DNA of 64,000 nt from an uncultured Planctomycetota bacterium (GCA_963845755.1 CAWJTV010000020.1:384001-448000), one strand, 5' to 3'. Counted from the first letter of the stretch, positions 44,628 through 54,851 are shown. The notes: generated by a model not told the origin, from the sequence alone. Made by a program: numbers and translations.

Positions 44628-45698
44628 TCAACACGCCAGGTTGTGGCTGTCGAAACTTAGTTGTACTGAGCTGAGTTTCTGCTCACTCCCACCCCAGTCT
44701 CGGAGACCTGGAGGCCCATTCCCAATACCTGGTTCGACGGCCGGTTGAAGGAGGCTCGCAATCTCGAACGACCTTACTTCTTTATCCATAACAATCAGCA
44801 AGTGCTTCCCGTAAGCGACATAGGCGTCAACTGCCTGAATCGGCGTATAGGGACATCGGAATGGACGGTCCAATCGGTCGCCCTGCAAGTATCTGGTAAG
44901 CAGATTGGGCAGAGCAACGATTCTCTTGCTAGTCAGGACAAACAGATGTCCGTCTGCTCTCAGAATCGAGTAAGGAGTTCCGTGCAATTCTTCCAGACGC
45001 AGTGCTTGTGGTTGCGGCTGAGTGAGATCCCGAACAAAGATCAACGTGCCATCCAAGCTCAATCCGACGACGGCGTGAGGCCATTGTTGGGAATCCATGG
45101 AGCACACATCGACAAAATCGACATCTTGCGAAACGAGTTCCTCGACATCCATATGGTCGGAGCCGGATTTGATCATCAAGAGACCGCTTGTACGAGCCGC
45201 GCAGGCAAGAATCTCCTGGTCCGCCGCCTTCCCGAGATAGATTAGCCTATAGAAATACGGGGTTGCTTGGTCTGGTTTGTCAATCGTGACTTCGTCAACG
45301 GGGATCTTGCCCGCATCCACACGAAGCAGGCCCGATGTACCCATAGGCGCGAAGAAATGTCCCTGCGGGGTAGCAAGAATCCCATGAGCGCCATCCGGAG
45401 TCCTTATGACGGCGGGGTGGATGCGGTCGTCTGAGGAGCTTCTTCGGGCGAAAACCACTTCGCTCGGAGTGCTAATCCCGATGAAGTCCTTCCAAAAAGC
45501 CACGTCGTTGATGGCGTCTTTCGCAACCTTATTCGGGGGAAGGATTTTGAGGTCATCGTCGCCGACCTGTTTGCCAACCAGAAGTTCGCCGTCTTCGGTG
45601 CCGAAGCAGAGGCTGCCGGTCCACGGGCACTCGCCCGCCCAAGTGATACCCTGGTCGGGGAATGGGAGTGACTTCCTTTGAACGACAAGCGAGCTCAT
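44628..45698 (-). CDS. Hypothetical protein, possibly beta-propeller-like
   Basis: Long ORF rich in beta-strand patterns, lower GC than neighbours. Start overlaps the upstream stop (ATGA). Confidence 0.6.
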   Translation of the reverse strand: MSSLVVQRKSLPFPDQGITWAGECPWTGSLCFGTEDGELLVGKQVGDDDLKILPPNKVAKDAINDVAFWKDFIGISTPSEVVFARRSSSDDRIHPAVIRTPDGAHGILATPQGHFFAPMGTSGLLRVDAGKIPVDEVTIDKPDQATPYFYRLIYLGKAADQEILACAARTSGLLMIKSGSDHMDVEELVSQDVDFVDVCSMDSQQWPHAVVGLSLDGTLIFVRDLTQPQPQALRLEELHGTPYSILRADGHLFVLTSKRIVALPNLLTRYLQGDRLDRPFRCPYTPIQAVDAYVAYGKHLLIVMDKEVRSFEIASLLQPAVEPGIGNGPPGLRDWGGSEQKLSSVQLSFDSHNLAC

Positions 45699-46147
45699 GC
45701 GTGCTTTCCCTTCCAAAGTCGCTTCCGTTCCTCTCGAGTGAGCAATCCCGCGTTCACCATCTTCTGAAGCACGTCCTCCGGCGGTTTCCGCTTAGGCGGA
45801 TGCGGTGGATCGAGGGTCTTCTCGAGTGGCCAAAGCGGGTACCCGTGCCAATGGGATCCCGAGTCGTGGAACTCGGCGATCTGCTGCCCGAGAGTTCCCA
45901 AAACGAGGATCTGTCGCTCTGGATGGAGTCTCAATCGGATTCCATAAAGGTTGCCGCGCTTGTCGCCCAAGTCCAAGAGGTCAGCCTGGTCAAAGATGCC
46001 AAGCTCCTCATTCGGACTCAAGTTCGACACCCATTGTGCCGCTTTGGGACCTCCGTGCCCATGGTGCTTGTCATAAAAGAGGTAATGATAGCCATTCCTC
46101 TGACTCGCCACAGGATGGACATGACCGGGTTCACCGCCGACGGACAT
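45695..46147 (-). CDS. Hypothetical basic protein with WHGYP motif
   Basis: 150-aa ORF translationally coupled to 44628..45698. Confidence 0.6.
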   Translation of the reverse strand: MSVGGEPGHVHPVASQRNGYHYLFYDKHHGHGGPKAAQWVSNLSPNEELGIFDQADLLDLGDKRGNLYGIRLRLHPERQILVLGTLGQQIAEFHDSGSHWHGYPLWPLEKTLDPPHPPKRKPPEDVLQKMVNAGLLTREERKRLWKGKHA

Positions 46148-46372
46148 GGCTATTTCCCGAAAGACTGTGTCTCGGTCGTCTTAGCGCTCTCCTTGTTCAT
46201 TTTACACGAGATGATCCCGATCCTGCGAGTGTGGCGCGGAGCTGGACAATTCGATCTCGCATCCGGTGTTTCTTCGAGAAAAGAGGATTCGATGGAGTCG
46301 TAACAGCCGATGAAACGTGTTGAGGCGTTTCGATCCCTGCGCGTCGTGACTCGTTTTCGAGACGAATGGCCG

Positions 46373-47292
46373 ATGACCAGCCTGGTGATGGTGCGGTTGC
46401 TATGTGTCGTCCTCTGCTTCGCCGGCCTGGCAACCGCTCAGGAGCCACCACCGCTGGAGCCGCCGGACCTGGGGCCGCCCAGGGCCGGCGCGCCTCAGGC
46501 CCAGCCGGGGACAACGTCAAAGCCGGCCAGCCCGAAGCCGACCGCCCCGACGCAGCCCCGAGCCACCCAGGCGGTAAACTCACGCCCCGCATCGGGACCA
46601 ATGCTGGCGATCCCCGGCGTGACCGCACCGACGGCTCGCCCTCGGCCTCAACCCGCAAGTCCCCTACAAAGCGGAACCTCGCCCTTCTCGTCTCCGATCG
46701 CAAGCCCACCTGTTCGGTCGGCGGTGCCGGTCACTCGGCGGCCCTCTCCAGCGAATGGGATTCCGCCTCTCGAGGCGTTGTCGGGACCGTCACCGCGTGA
46801 GACGATCCCACTCTCGATCGAGCCACTCATCGATGTGCCCTCACCGGAGCAGGCCCGGGCCAGTACCTCGCTCCCGCGACCGGTTGCTAGTAGGGCTCTC
46901 GGCGCCGGGAGGACCGATCCGCCATCGCAGGAGAAAGCATCGTCCGCGCCAAGACCCGCACCCGACGACTGCCCGGCATGCTCGGTCGCCTCTTCGGGGC
47001 GCCGCCACCGCCACCCTCGCGCGAACCGTCGCGAACCACCCCCGGAGCGACCAACAGTCGTGAAACCGATGTCGTGTCCGATGCCGAACTTGTCGCCAAA
47101 CGGCGGATCGAGCGCCAGATCCGCGAGACCCTCGGCGACCGGGTCAATCACTTCGAGGTTCGCATCACCGGCCGGAATGCGGTGATCGTCGCCCAGCCGA
47201 GCCGCTTCTGGTTCCGGCGTTCCGTCCGCCGCTCACTCGAGACCCTCCCCGCACTCGAGGGATATCGAGCCCGCATCGAGGTGAGCGAGTGA
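46373..47292 (+). CDS. Exported Pro-rich protein with BON-like C-terminus (frameshift near 46965)
   Basis: Signal peptide, Pro-rich linker, C-terminal KRRIERQIRETLGDRV..FEVRITG. Confidence 0.55.
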
Positions 47293-47759
47293 AGCCATGG
47301 ATGCCCCGCATGGTTTGGTTCTCGTTCCCACGCTTCGCTCCCGCGTGGGTACAAGTCGTTCGCAAGTCTTGCCCTTTCTTCTGGTTGACGCGTATTAACT
47401 GGCATTGCCCCTGAATTGGTTTCTCGCGGCCATCTCTGGGGTCGCCCTCGTGTCAACCCTACCGCTGCATCGACAGCCTTCTCGAGAATTCGCCGATTTC
47501 GCGCGAACATCCGGCCGGTACTCGGCGTCTGTCAAGTACCAGACGCGACGGTGACAGCCAGCGTGGCCGAGACCGAGTTGTCGCGATCTGATCGGCCTCA
47601 GCTCTCAGACAGCGAGCGGGACTGCGATGTACGGAGTATGTCAACGGCTTGATCGGGTCATCCGCAAGGCGAAACGTTCCGCCGATCGCTCAGCGAGTCT
47701 CCGCCCGCGCCAAGTCCGACGCTGCTGACACCCGGCCTGTCCTCCTTCGACGGAATCTC

Positions 47760-47790
47760 AAGACCCGGTGTCGAAAACACTGGGTCTTTT
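47760..47790 (+). terminator. Hairpin with U-tract upstream of the tRNA array
   Basis: AAGACCCGGTGT-CGAAA-ACACTGGGTCTT followed by TT. Confidence 0.45.
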
Positions 47791-47839
47791 CGTTGGACAG
47801 CGACGGAATCTCCGACGCTGCATCGTGCCGACCCTCGAA

Positions 47840-47914
47840 CAGGGCGTGGGAAAGCCTGGTTAATCCGCGAGCTCGGGGAGCTCGAGATCGCCGGTTCAAA
47901 TCCGGCCGCCCTGA
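47840..47914 (+). tRNA. tRNA-Pro (GGG; C at position 33)
   Basis: Acceptor CAGGGCG/CGCCCTG, anticodon stem CGAGC/GCTCG with loop TCGGGGA, GGTTCAAATCC T-arm. No encoded CCA. Confidence 0.8.
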
Positions 47915-48004
47915 CACTCTGACATACGTAGGATATTCGGCCTCGGGAGGGAGGTGTTGAGATGGATGCGCGAGTCAAACGCATACCCCGGAGAGGCGAT
48001 CGCC

Positions 48005-48076
48005 GGGGTCGTGATGTAAAGGCAGCATATCGGCCTTTTAAGCCGGGAAGTGGGGGTTCGAGTCCCTCCGGCCCCA
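48005..48076 (+). tRNA. tRNA-Lys (TTT)
   Basis: Acceptor GGGGTCG/CGGCCCC, loop CTTTTAA, GGTTCGAGTCC. Confidence 0.85.
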
Positions 48077-48077
48077 A

Positions 48078-48149
48078 TGGCGCCTAGCTCAGCGGCAGAG
48101 CACTCCCCTTATAAGGGAGCGACGAGGGGTTCGAGTCCCCCGGCGCCGA
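48078..48149 (+). tRNA. tRNA-Ile (TAT anticodon)
   Basis: Acceptor TGGCGCC/GGCGCCG, D-arm GCTC/GAGC, stem CTCCC/GGGAG with loop CTTATAA, GGTTCGAGTCC. Confidence 0.85.
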
Positions 48150-48172
48150 CCGTCGAGGCCATCGCATGAGAG

Positions 48173-48243
48173 CGGCCCGTAGCTCAAGGGCAGAGCATCC
48201 GGCCGATAACCGGAAGACGAAGGTTCGACTCCTTCCGGGCCGA
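48173..48243 (+). tRNA. tRNA-Ile (GAT; C at position 33)
   Basis: Acceptor CGGCCCG/CGGGCCG, stem TCCGG/CCGGA with loop CCGATAA, GGTTCGACTCC. Confidence 0.85.
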
Positions 48244-48315
48244 CTCGTGTTGAGTGAGATCTCGCCCCGCGAAGGGACCAAAGTTCTCGTGGCAGAGCGC
48301 CCGGCTCTTCCTTGC

Positions 48316-48735
48316 TCATGGCGGATCGGCGGATCCACTCCCGCTCCACGTTTCCGCGGGTAACCTGCGAGCGAGCAGGAAAACCTGGACCATAGTACCA
48401 CTCGTAAACGCCTGCACCACAGTGCCGGTCGTCGTCTCAACTTCCGCGGTGGCCTCGCGCACCTCCACACCCGTGATTCGCCGGATTTCCTTCCGCAGTG
48501 GCTCGGAAGTTGATGTGAATAACTGACGATGAAACTCCTGCACTCGAGCGGCACCTTCCGGCGTCCTGGCCAGGTCCTTCTCCGCCGGCGACAAAGACCC
48601 GTGGAGCGTGACGACCAACGTGTCCTCACTCACGACCACCGTCGCCGATGCGGGCAAGTGGCCAGTTCGTCGCAGCTCGAAGGCGATGGCTGCCTCGGCG
48701 ATCTGCTGCGCCAGGGTCGAATCGGGCTTGAGCAT
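48316..48735 (-). CDS. DUF2294 (MpsC-like) family protein
   Basis: QQIA..A.AFE..RTGH.P..ATVV..DTLVVTLHG.LSPAEK.LA, FHRQLF, ITGVEV. Confidence 0.8.
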   Translation of the reverse strand: MLKPDSTLAQQIAEAAIAFELRRTGHLPASATVVVSEDTLVVTLHGSLSPAEKDLARTPEGAARVQEFHRQLFTSTSEPLRKEIRRITGVEVREATAEVETTTGTVVQAFTSGTMVQVFLLARRLPAETWSGSGSADPP

Positions 48736-48779
48736 CGAGATCACCCCTATCGCTTACGGCCGTCCTGCACCACCGCTAG

Positions 48780-48890
48780 AAAAAAAGCCGACGTGGTGGA
48801 ACACCCAGGGGTATTCGACCATGTCGGCTTACTCGGCAACGGGCCCCCCGGTTCAGCCGGGTTACCCTTCATCTAGTCGTCCGACGACAT
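48780..48890 (-). promoter_or_regulatory. Structured leader motif copy 1 (riboswitch/attenuator candidate) upstream of DUF2294
   Basis: GTCGTCGGACGACTAGATG..CCGG..CCGG..CGAGT-AAGCCGAC..GTCGGCTTTTTTT. Ends in an intrinsic terminator. Confidence 0.75.
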
Positions 48891-48947
48891 TGATTCAAGT
48901 TCCTGAGAACCGACTGCCAGTCGGCCTCGGCTCGATTCGTCACGCCA

Positions 48948-48977
48948 ATTGTGCACTGACCAAAATGGAAAAGGCAA
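48948..48977 (-). promoter_or_regulatory. Sigma70-like promoter for leader copy 1
   Basis: TTGCCT-N18-CACAAT, 58 nt upstream of the motif. Confidence 0.45.
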
Positions 48978-49108
48978 GTGAAATATCCTTCGCTTTCTTG
49001 TATGTTGGTCTTCGGCTAGTCCGAGTATCGGCGACGCGACCTCGGACGCCGGAAGGAGACGATCTTCTACGGCGGCCACGCGATCCGGAAGTGGACGGCG
49101 AAGTCGGC

Positions 49109-49168
49109 ACGAGAAAGCACGGAGAGATCGAGGCCGCCATCAGCGAAGGGATCACCGGCTTCGAACAG
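49109..49168 (+). pseudogene. DUF2294 N-terminal remnant
   Basis: (ACG)RKHGEIEAAISEGITGFEQ versus MKTQGEIEAAICEGINRFEQ of 54206..54586. Confidence 0.65.
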
Positions 49169-49268
49169 GTGATCCAGTCCCTCATCGACCTTATCCGGAC
49201 CGCACAGGCGGGAACTGGGTAAGCTGGTCTCGCCGTCTCAACGCCAAATTCCATTGCGGGGTTAGCCC

Positions 49269-49727
49269 TCATCTGGCTATAACGTTCGATGCTTCTATGA
49301 TCATCCATCTGTTGGGGATCGGCCCATCCTTCGATTCGCACGAGGTGCTCTCGAACTGCCCGGCCAAGGCCCCGGGGTCTCTGTCCGATCCAGGATCTTC
49401 CGACACCCGGCAGGCGGCCAGATCATCCGCAGCCGGCAACGTATTCCTGTACCCGAGCACGGCCTCGAGTTGGTCCTGGAGCCTCAAACTGTGTGTGTGG
49501 AGCAACGTCAGCGACTTCCTTAATCTCTCATTCTCATCCTTCAACTCCTGGAATTCTTCACTAATCGCGGAATCCTTCCCGTCCTGCACGGCGGCCACCT
49601 GTTCGACCATCGGTATCATCTCGGCACCATGGGATGTCACGGATCTTCGATAGGCCTGTCGAAGGGCTCGCTTGGCCTCAAAGAATCGCCGAAGAGCCGA
49701 CCGCAATTCGTGTGGGTCTACATTCAC
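49269..49727 (-). CDS. Hypothetical coiled-coil protein
   Basis: 152-aa ORF with RBS AAGGAG upstream and a heptad segment EEFQELKDENERLRKSL. Confidence 0.55.
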   Translation of the reverse strand: MNVDPHELRSALRRFFEAKRALRQAYRRSVTSHGAEMIPMVEQVAAVQDGKDSAISEEFQELKDENERLRKSLTLLHTHSLRLQDQLEAVLGYRNTLPAADDLAACRVSEDPGSDRDPGALAGQFESTSCESKDGPIPNRWMIIEASNVIAR

Positions 49728-49877
49728 CTTGCATTCTCCTTATGGTCCGCTCCGGTGGGGAAATCGCCCGGAGCAGCGCCTTCTCGAATCCGTCCCGGCC
49801 GCCTCGACGAGAAGGGACGTCGCAGGGATGCGGCATCGCGCCCGCCTCATGTCTGGAAGATCGATTCCGAAGGGTAG

Positions 49878-50168
49878 TTACTGTCCTTCCGGACCGTCCA
49901 CCAAGCCACCGATCCTCAGGAAGTCCCGGGCCTCGGGCACCATCACCATCACCACGCCGTCCTGGTCCGTCAGCACCTCGAGGATGAACCAATGCTGGCA
50001 CCCAGCGCAGATGCCAAGCAGCCTGTCGGGAGACCCGGGATCGGGTTGGTGCAGATCGAGGCCGATATCACAAGACAGACACGTGACTCGAGAGAAGTCA
50101 TCGTGCGAGGTCGAGAAGCGAGTTACCGTCAGCGAGACCAATGCCGTGACCGGAGTTTTGGGACTCAT
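49878..50168 (-). CDS. Small zinc-ribbon-like protein
   Basis: [22 protein letters not shown] overlap with the upstream HTH gene. Confidence 0.65.
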   Translation of the reverse strand: MSPKTPVTALVSLTVTRFSTSHDDFSRVTCLSCDIGLDLHQPDPGSPDRLLGICAGCQHWFILEVLTDQDGVVMVMVPEARDFLRIGGLVDGPEGQ

Positions 50169-50449
50169 GGTGGTTGCCCCTCGATCTGGAACCGAAGCAG
50201 CTGCGGTTCGCCGTAATCGGCCAGACCTCTTTCACCTTCGCCGGTCAGGAGCCAATAGGGTTCGGCCCCCGTGGCATCGATGAAGCGGAGGAGTACCAAC
50301 CCGGGGATTGTCACTCCGGACTCGTAATGAGCCCAGGTCCGGGCGGGGATACCCAGCGCCTCAGCCATGAGAGGCGCGCCATTTTCGCCATAGATCTCGA
50401 GGCGGACTTCGCGCAGACGGCGGGCCAACGCGTCGCTTTCTGGCTTCAT
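50165..50449 (-). CDS. XRE-family HTH regulator
   Basis: [33 protein letters not shown]. Confidence 0.8.
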   Translation of the reverse strand: MKPESDALARRLREVRLEIYGENGAPLMAEALGIPARTWAHYESGVTIPGLVLLRFIDATGAEPYWLLTGEGERGLADYGEPQLLRFQIEGQPP

Positions 50450-50470
50450 CGCCGCTACCCTTTCTCGAAG

Positions 50471-50580
50471 AAAAAGGCCGACGTGGAGGAATACCTTCGG
50501 GTACTCCTCCACGTCGGCCTACTCGTCAACGAGCCCTCCGGCCGTGCCGGGTTGCCCCTCATCTAGTCTTCCGACGACAT
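50471..50580 (-). promoter_or_regulatory. Structured leader motif copy 2 upstream of the XRE gene
   Basis: Same motif. Terminator AGGCCGACGTGGAGGA..TCCTCCACGTCGGCCTTTTT. Confidence 0.75.
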
Positions 50581-50637
50581 CTGATAATGCTTCATCGGAG
50601 CCGAGTACGATTGCATACCAACTCCGCTACACCCCTA

Positions 50638-50666
50638 ATCATGACGATCAGGATGGAGGAAAACAA
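50638..50666 (-). promoter_or_regulatory. Sigma70-like promoter for leader copy 2
   Basis: TTGTTT-N17-CATGAT, 58 nt upstream of the motif. Confidence 0.45.
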
Positions 50667-50836
50667 GTCACTGCCACTCGAACTGCCCGTATCATGAATC
50701 CCGGATCTCCCGAGGACACACGCTCCGAGACCGGCAAACCCACCGAGGAGACCGAGAGCGGCATCCCCAGAGTGTGACCGCGCGGCGGATCCGCCGAGAT
50801 TTCGAAGAATGGTTTGGAAATTCCTTGAATTCCGCG

Positions 50837-51557
50837 TCACAGCCGAACGTCCTGGGCGAAGCTCGCGACCCTGGCGAGCGGCTGGAGGGGCACATCGTGA
50901 GCCGCCGGCACGAACGGCACGACGACCTTGAGGATGAACCGGTAGTGGGCCAGGCTGCCCGCCAGCACGAACAGGTGGAACAGCTCATGGGTCCCGAAGA
51001 TCCCCGGGTAGAGGACGGGCCAGTGGAGTAGGTTGAGCACGGCCCCCAGGCTGTAGGAGAGGCCGCCGCCCACGATCGGAAGCAACTGCGCGGTGCGACA
51101 CAACCTGCGCGATCTCGGAATAGCAGACGAGGGAGCCCCACCCCATCCCCAGGTACAGCCCGGTTGACCACGCGAGCGGGAAGTGCCGGCCGGTCGCGAT
51201 CAAGGCCGTGGCCATGGCCGCCACGCCCCAGACGATCGCCAGCGTCCACTGCCGCCATCGGCCCCGCATCAAGCACCAGGCCAGCGGAGTATAGCTCCCG
51301 GCGATCAGCGCAAAGATCCCGACGCCGTCCAGGCGGGCGAACGTGGCGAGCTGGGCGGACGGCAGCCGAACGCCGTGAAAGAGGCTACTGGCCAAATAGC
51401 AGAAGGCCAGGGTCAGGCCATAGATGAGGAGGCTCAGCCGCTTCGGGGGCTGGCCTGCGCTTCGCCGCCAGAGGAAATAGGTACCGGGCAGTGCCAGGAG
51501 CAGGCCGGCACAATGACTCCAGGTGCTGACGGGCTCGCGAAAGTCGAGGAAGTTCAT
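50837..51557 (-). CDS. Hemolysin III / PAQR family membrane protein (frameshift near 51090)
   Basis: REPVSTWSH, SSLFH, LDGVGIFALIAGSYTP, YLGMGW, GTHELFHLFVLAGS..H. Confidence 0.88.
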
Positions 51558-51610
51558 CCGAAGACATCCGATAGGGCCTGATGTCGGGATAGGAGGTGGC
51601 TGCCAAGGGC

Positions 51611-52666
51611 TCAGACTTCGCACTCGTGGACCCAGGTGAAGCGGGTGGGCGGGCGTTTGGCGAGTGTTTCCGCGAGCTCGCCGGCGATGCGTTGATACTT
51701 CTCGGCCTGCTGGCAAAGGTAGTCCTGGGCCCTGGCCGCCTTCCCCGAGAGGGACCGATGCGCCACGCCCCAGACCTCGACGAGGTGTTCGATGATCTGC
51801 GCATAGGACAGGATAGTGTAGGCCCCGATCCGTTGCGAGACGATCGCGAAATGGTCGAACAGGTCGGGATCCTCGCCGTCGAACATGAAGCGTCCGGGCA
51901 TGGAGATGATGCCCTTGATCATCGACCGGAAGGCGATGATTCCCGTCTCCGGGTCTCGTTCCATGGCCTGGCCGACGACTCTCGTGTAGAACGTCTCGTG
52001 GCGCGCCTCGTCGCCGGCGATCCTCCGGCAGATCCTCGCGAGATTCTCATCCCCCTGCTGGGCGGCGAGCTTGCCCAGATTCCCGTGGGCGATCCGGGTC
52101 GCTCGCTCCTGGAAGGCGGCATAGATCAGCGCCGAGCAGTCGTCGCCCTTATTGCGCGAGTCGAATCCATTTCTGATGAGATGATGGATCGTCCGCTCGA
52201 TGGCTTGCATGTCCACCCGGCCCGTGAGCCGGAGGTAAGCGTTGAGCAGGTCGCCATGTCGGTTCTCCTCCGCCGTCCATCCCCGCAACCACTGAGCCCA
52301 GGGATCGTCGTCGATCCCGGACTGGTCTCGGGCGATGCGATTCAGCGAGATGGCGTAACTTGGCAGGGCCTCTTCCGTGACCATGTTCCCCACCAGCACG
52401 ACCAGCAGTTCGTGCGAGACCTGTCGCGCGGAAGTCCGGAACCGCGTCACTTGCTCGGCCCAATCTTCGGAGGTCAGATCGGGGAGGAAGTCGGTCGGCT
52501 GCCAGGCCTGATCCACGGGTGTGAGCAGCGCGAGGTTTTCCGCGACGAACCCTTGCAAATCCTCCATCAGTTCCATGTCGTGAGGCTCCTGGTCGATAGG
52601 GATGGTGCCGCTGATTGGCTCAATCCGATGCTCCTGTGAATCTTCCCGATCCTCGGCGGCACACAC
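51611..52666 (-). CDS. Acyl-ACP desaturase
   Basis: WQPTDFLPD, TEEALPSY, WTAEENRHGDLL, FQERAT..AH, DEARHE diiron motifs. Start uncertain. Confidence 0.92.
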   Translation of the reverse strand: MCAAEDREDSQEHRIEPISGTIPIDQEPHDMELMEDLQGFVAENLALLTPVDQAWQPTDFLPDLTSEDWAEQVTRFRTSARQVSHELLVVLVGNMVTEEALPSYAISLNRIARDQSGIDDDPWAQWLRGWTAEENRHGDLLNAYLRLTGRVDMQAIERTIHHLIRNGFDSRNKGDDCSALIYAAFQERATRIAHGNLGKLAAQQGDENLARICRRIAGDEARHETFYTRVVGQAMERDPETGIIAFRSMIKGIISMPGRFMFDGEDPDLFDHFAIVSQRIGAYTILSYAQIIEHLVEVWGVAHRSLSGKAARAQDYLCQQAEKYQRIAGELAETLAKRPPTRFTWVHECEV

Positions 52667-53555
52667 CGATCAGTTCGGTTTCGCTTTCCGGTGAAGGGCC
52701 CCGCGACCGCGGCATGGGGATCGTCCTGGGACGCTTCACACCGTGGGCCAGCCCGACCACGGCCAGGAGGCGGATCGCCCAGTAGGTCGCGTCGAGCTCC
52801 CACCAACGCAGGCCGTGCCGCGCCGAGGTCTGGGAGGCATGGTGGTTGTTATGCCAGCCCTCGCCGAAGGTGAGCAGGGCCACCCACCAGAGGTTCGTCG
52901 AGGTGTCGCGGGTCGGATAGCTGCGGTAGCCCCAGACGTGGGTGGCCGAGTTGACCAGCCAGGTCGAGTGCAACACCAGGCACGACCGGACGAAGCCGCC
53001 CCAGATCAGCCAGGGCAGGCCGCCCGCGGCGTAAAGGGCCGCGAACATCAGGAGCGGTAAGGTGAAGTGGAACCGGTCGAGCACGCGGTGGACCGGGTCT
53101 CGAGCGAGGTCGGGTGCCCACTTCGTGTAGTATTCCGGGACGTGGGTCCGGGCGACTTCGGGCGTGATCCACCAGAGCATATGAGCCCAGGCGAGGCCGT
53201 GGCCGGGGCTGTGGACGTCCTGCTCCTCGTCGGCGTGGGCGTGGTGCTTGCGGTGGTCGGCGACCCAGCCGATCGCCCCTCCCTCCGAGGCACAGCAGCC
53301 GATGGCCGTGAAGAGGTATTCGAGCCACCGAGGCCGAAGGGCGAAGCTGCGGTGCGTGAGGAGCCGGTGGTAGGTTAAGCAGATGCCGAGGCCGGCGGTG
53401 AGCCAGTAGAGGGACAGGCAGACGGCCGCAGCAGACCAGGTAAATAAGGCGGGCAAGAACGCCGCCAGGGCACCGACGTGCAGTCCGGCGATCCAGAGTA
53501 CGGCGGGCCACGCGATGCCAGACAACGCAGGCCGCGGCCGGGGGATCTCTCTCAT
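52620..53555 (-). CDS. Membrane delta-9-type fatty acid desaturase
   Basis: His boxes YHRLLTH, HRKHH, GWHNNHH. Confidence 0.92.
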   Translation of the reverse strand: MREIPRPRPALSGIAWPAVLWIAGLHVGALAAFLPALFTWSAAAVCLSLYWLTAGLGICLTYHRLLTHRSFALRPRWLEYLFTAIGCCASEGGAIGWVADHRKHHAHADEEQDVHSPGHGLAWAHMLWWITPEVARTHVPEYYTKWAPDLARDPVHRVLDRFHFTLPLLMFAALYAAGGLPWLIWGGFVRSCLVLHSTWLVNSATHVWGYRSYPTRDTSTNLWWVALLTFGEGWHNNHHASQTSARHGLRWWELDATYWAIRLLAVVGLAHGVKRPRTIPMPRSRGPSPESETELIGVCRRGSGRFTGASD

Positions 53556-53760
53556 GCAGGACTCACGATCGGGAAAAAGCCGAAGTTGATCGCTCCGCGC
53601 CACCGGGCTCGCCGGCGAGACCTCCTCACACGGAGGGGGCGACGTCGGGTGATGGGTTCGCCGACCCCGTCGCCACGACGAGGCGAGGGTGCCGGGATCG
53701 CGCTCTCGCGGGCCTCCGGTCCTCCCACAGCGTGCGCCATCAAAAGGTCGCGACAATTAG

Positions 53761-53788
53761 AGTATAGAAAGAATCTAATCCAATTCAA
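53761..53788 (-). promoter_or_regulatory. Sigma70-like promoter for the desaturase operon
   Basis: TTGAAT-N16-TATACT in an AT-rich divergent intergenic region. Confidence 0.45.
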
Positions 53789-53916
53789 TAGATCGACAAA
53801 TTTTTTTTGGATAAATCCTTGACATACTGGATTTAAAGCTTCTTGTCTGTTATAGTTCTTGATAAACAGAGGATTTGCACACCGGTGCTGGCTTTTCCTG
53901 GATTGTGATGGTGGGG

Positions 53917-54129
53917 ATGATGGCGAAGCCGGAGCGGAGGAGGCCGGGACGTCCCCGGCGTGAGGCGTCGAGGCGCGAGACGGTCGTCGCGATCAAGGGC
54001 TCGACGGAATGGAAATCGTGGCTCGACGAGTTCTCGACCCATTGCCGGCTGGGGCTCTCCGACACGATCGAGCAATCGCTGGTCTACTACGCCGAGGAGC
54101 GTGGTTACCGGGAGCCGCCCAAGCGTTGA
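53917..54129 (+). CDS. Small hypothetical, possibly ribbon-helix-helix DNA-binding protein
   Basis: RPGRP basic N-terminus, VVAIKG strand followed by two helices. Confidence 0.55.
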   Translation: MMAKPERRRPGRPRREASRRETVVAIKGSTEWKSWLDEFSTHCRLGLSDTIEQSLVYYAEERGYREPPKR

Positions 54130-54205
54130 GGGCCTGCTCGACCCCCGTGAGGAGCTCTCTCGTGGCAGCCGGGTAATGCGGGAGTGGTAGGCGAGCGAGG
54201 GCACC

Positions 54206-54586
54206 ATGAAAACGCAGGGGGAAATCGAAGCCGCCATCTGCGAAGGAATCAATCGCTTCGAGCAGGAATACATGGGCCGGGGACCCAAGGACATCCGGGC
54301 GCACTTGATCGGTGATCTCCTCGTCGTCCGACTCCAGGGCGTCCTGACCGCCGCTGAACAGCATCTGGTCAAATCGCTCCCGGCCGAGAAGGGACGAGAT
54401 TTGCTCAAGCAAGTCCGGACCCATCTGCTCGAAACCGCTCGGCCGTTCCTGGAAGCGATGGTCCGCGAGATCACCGGCATAGCGGTGCTCAGCCTGCACC
54501 ATGACATCAGCACCACCACCGGCGAAGAAATCGTGTTGTTCACCCTGTCCGAGCCGGTGCCCGTCCGCGAGACGAGGAAGAAGTAA
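54206..54586 (+). CDS. DUF2294 (MpsC-like) family protein
   Basis: MKTQGEIEAAI, YMGRGPKDI, GVLTAAEQ.L, GRDLLKQVR, LHHDIST.TGE. Confidence 0.9.
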   Translation: MKTQGEIEAAICEGINRFEQEYMGRGPKDIRAHLIGDLLVVRLQGVLTAAEQHLVKSLPAEKGRDLLKQVRTHLLETARPFLEAMVREITGIAVLSLHHDISTTTGEEIVLFTLSEPVPVRETRKK

Positions 54587-54851
54587 CTCGCTTGGATCGA
54601 GGATCCCGCGATCGTCGAGATTCATGCCGATTACGCCCACCGGAACCCACGGTGGAGGACCACACATCCTCTCGGAAGGTCACGCCCGCGGATGCTCAGC
54701 CTCCAGATCGCCACGCCGGCCGCATTCTCCCCCGTGCAGAAAGCCGTACCGACCGACGCCAATTCGTCCAGCGTCTCCAGCACTTCGATCGTGCCGCCGA
54801 CGTGGCGGCGCAGCAGCGCTCCGTAGGAGGGCCCGGCGCTCGTAAAGTATA

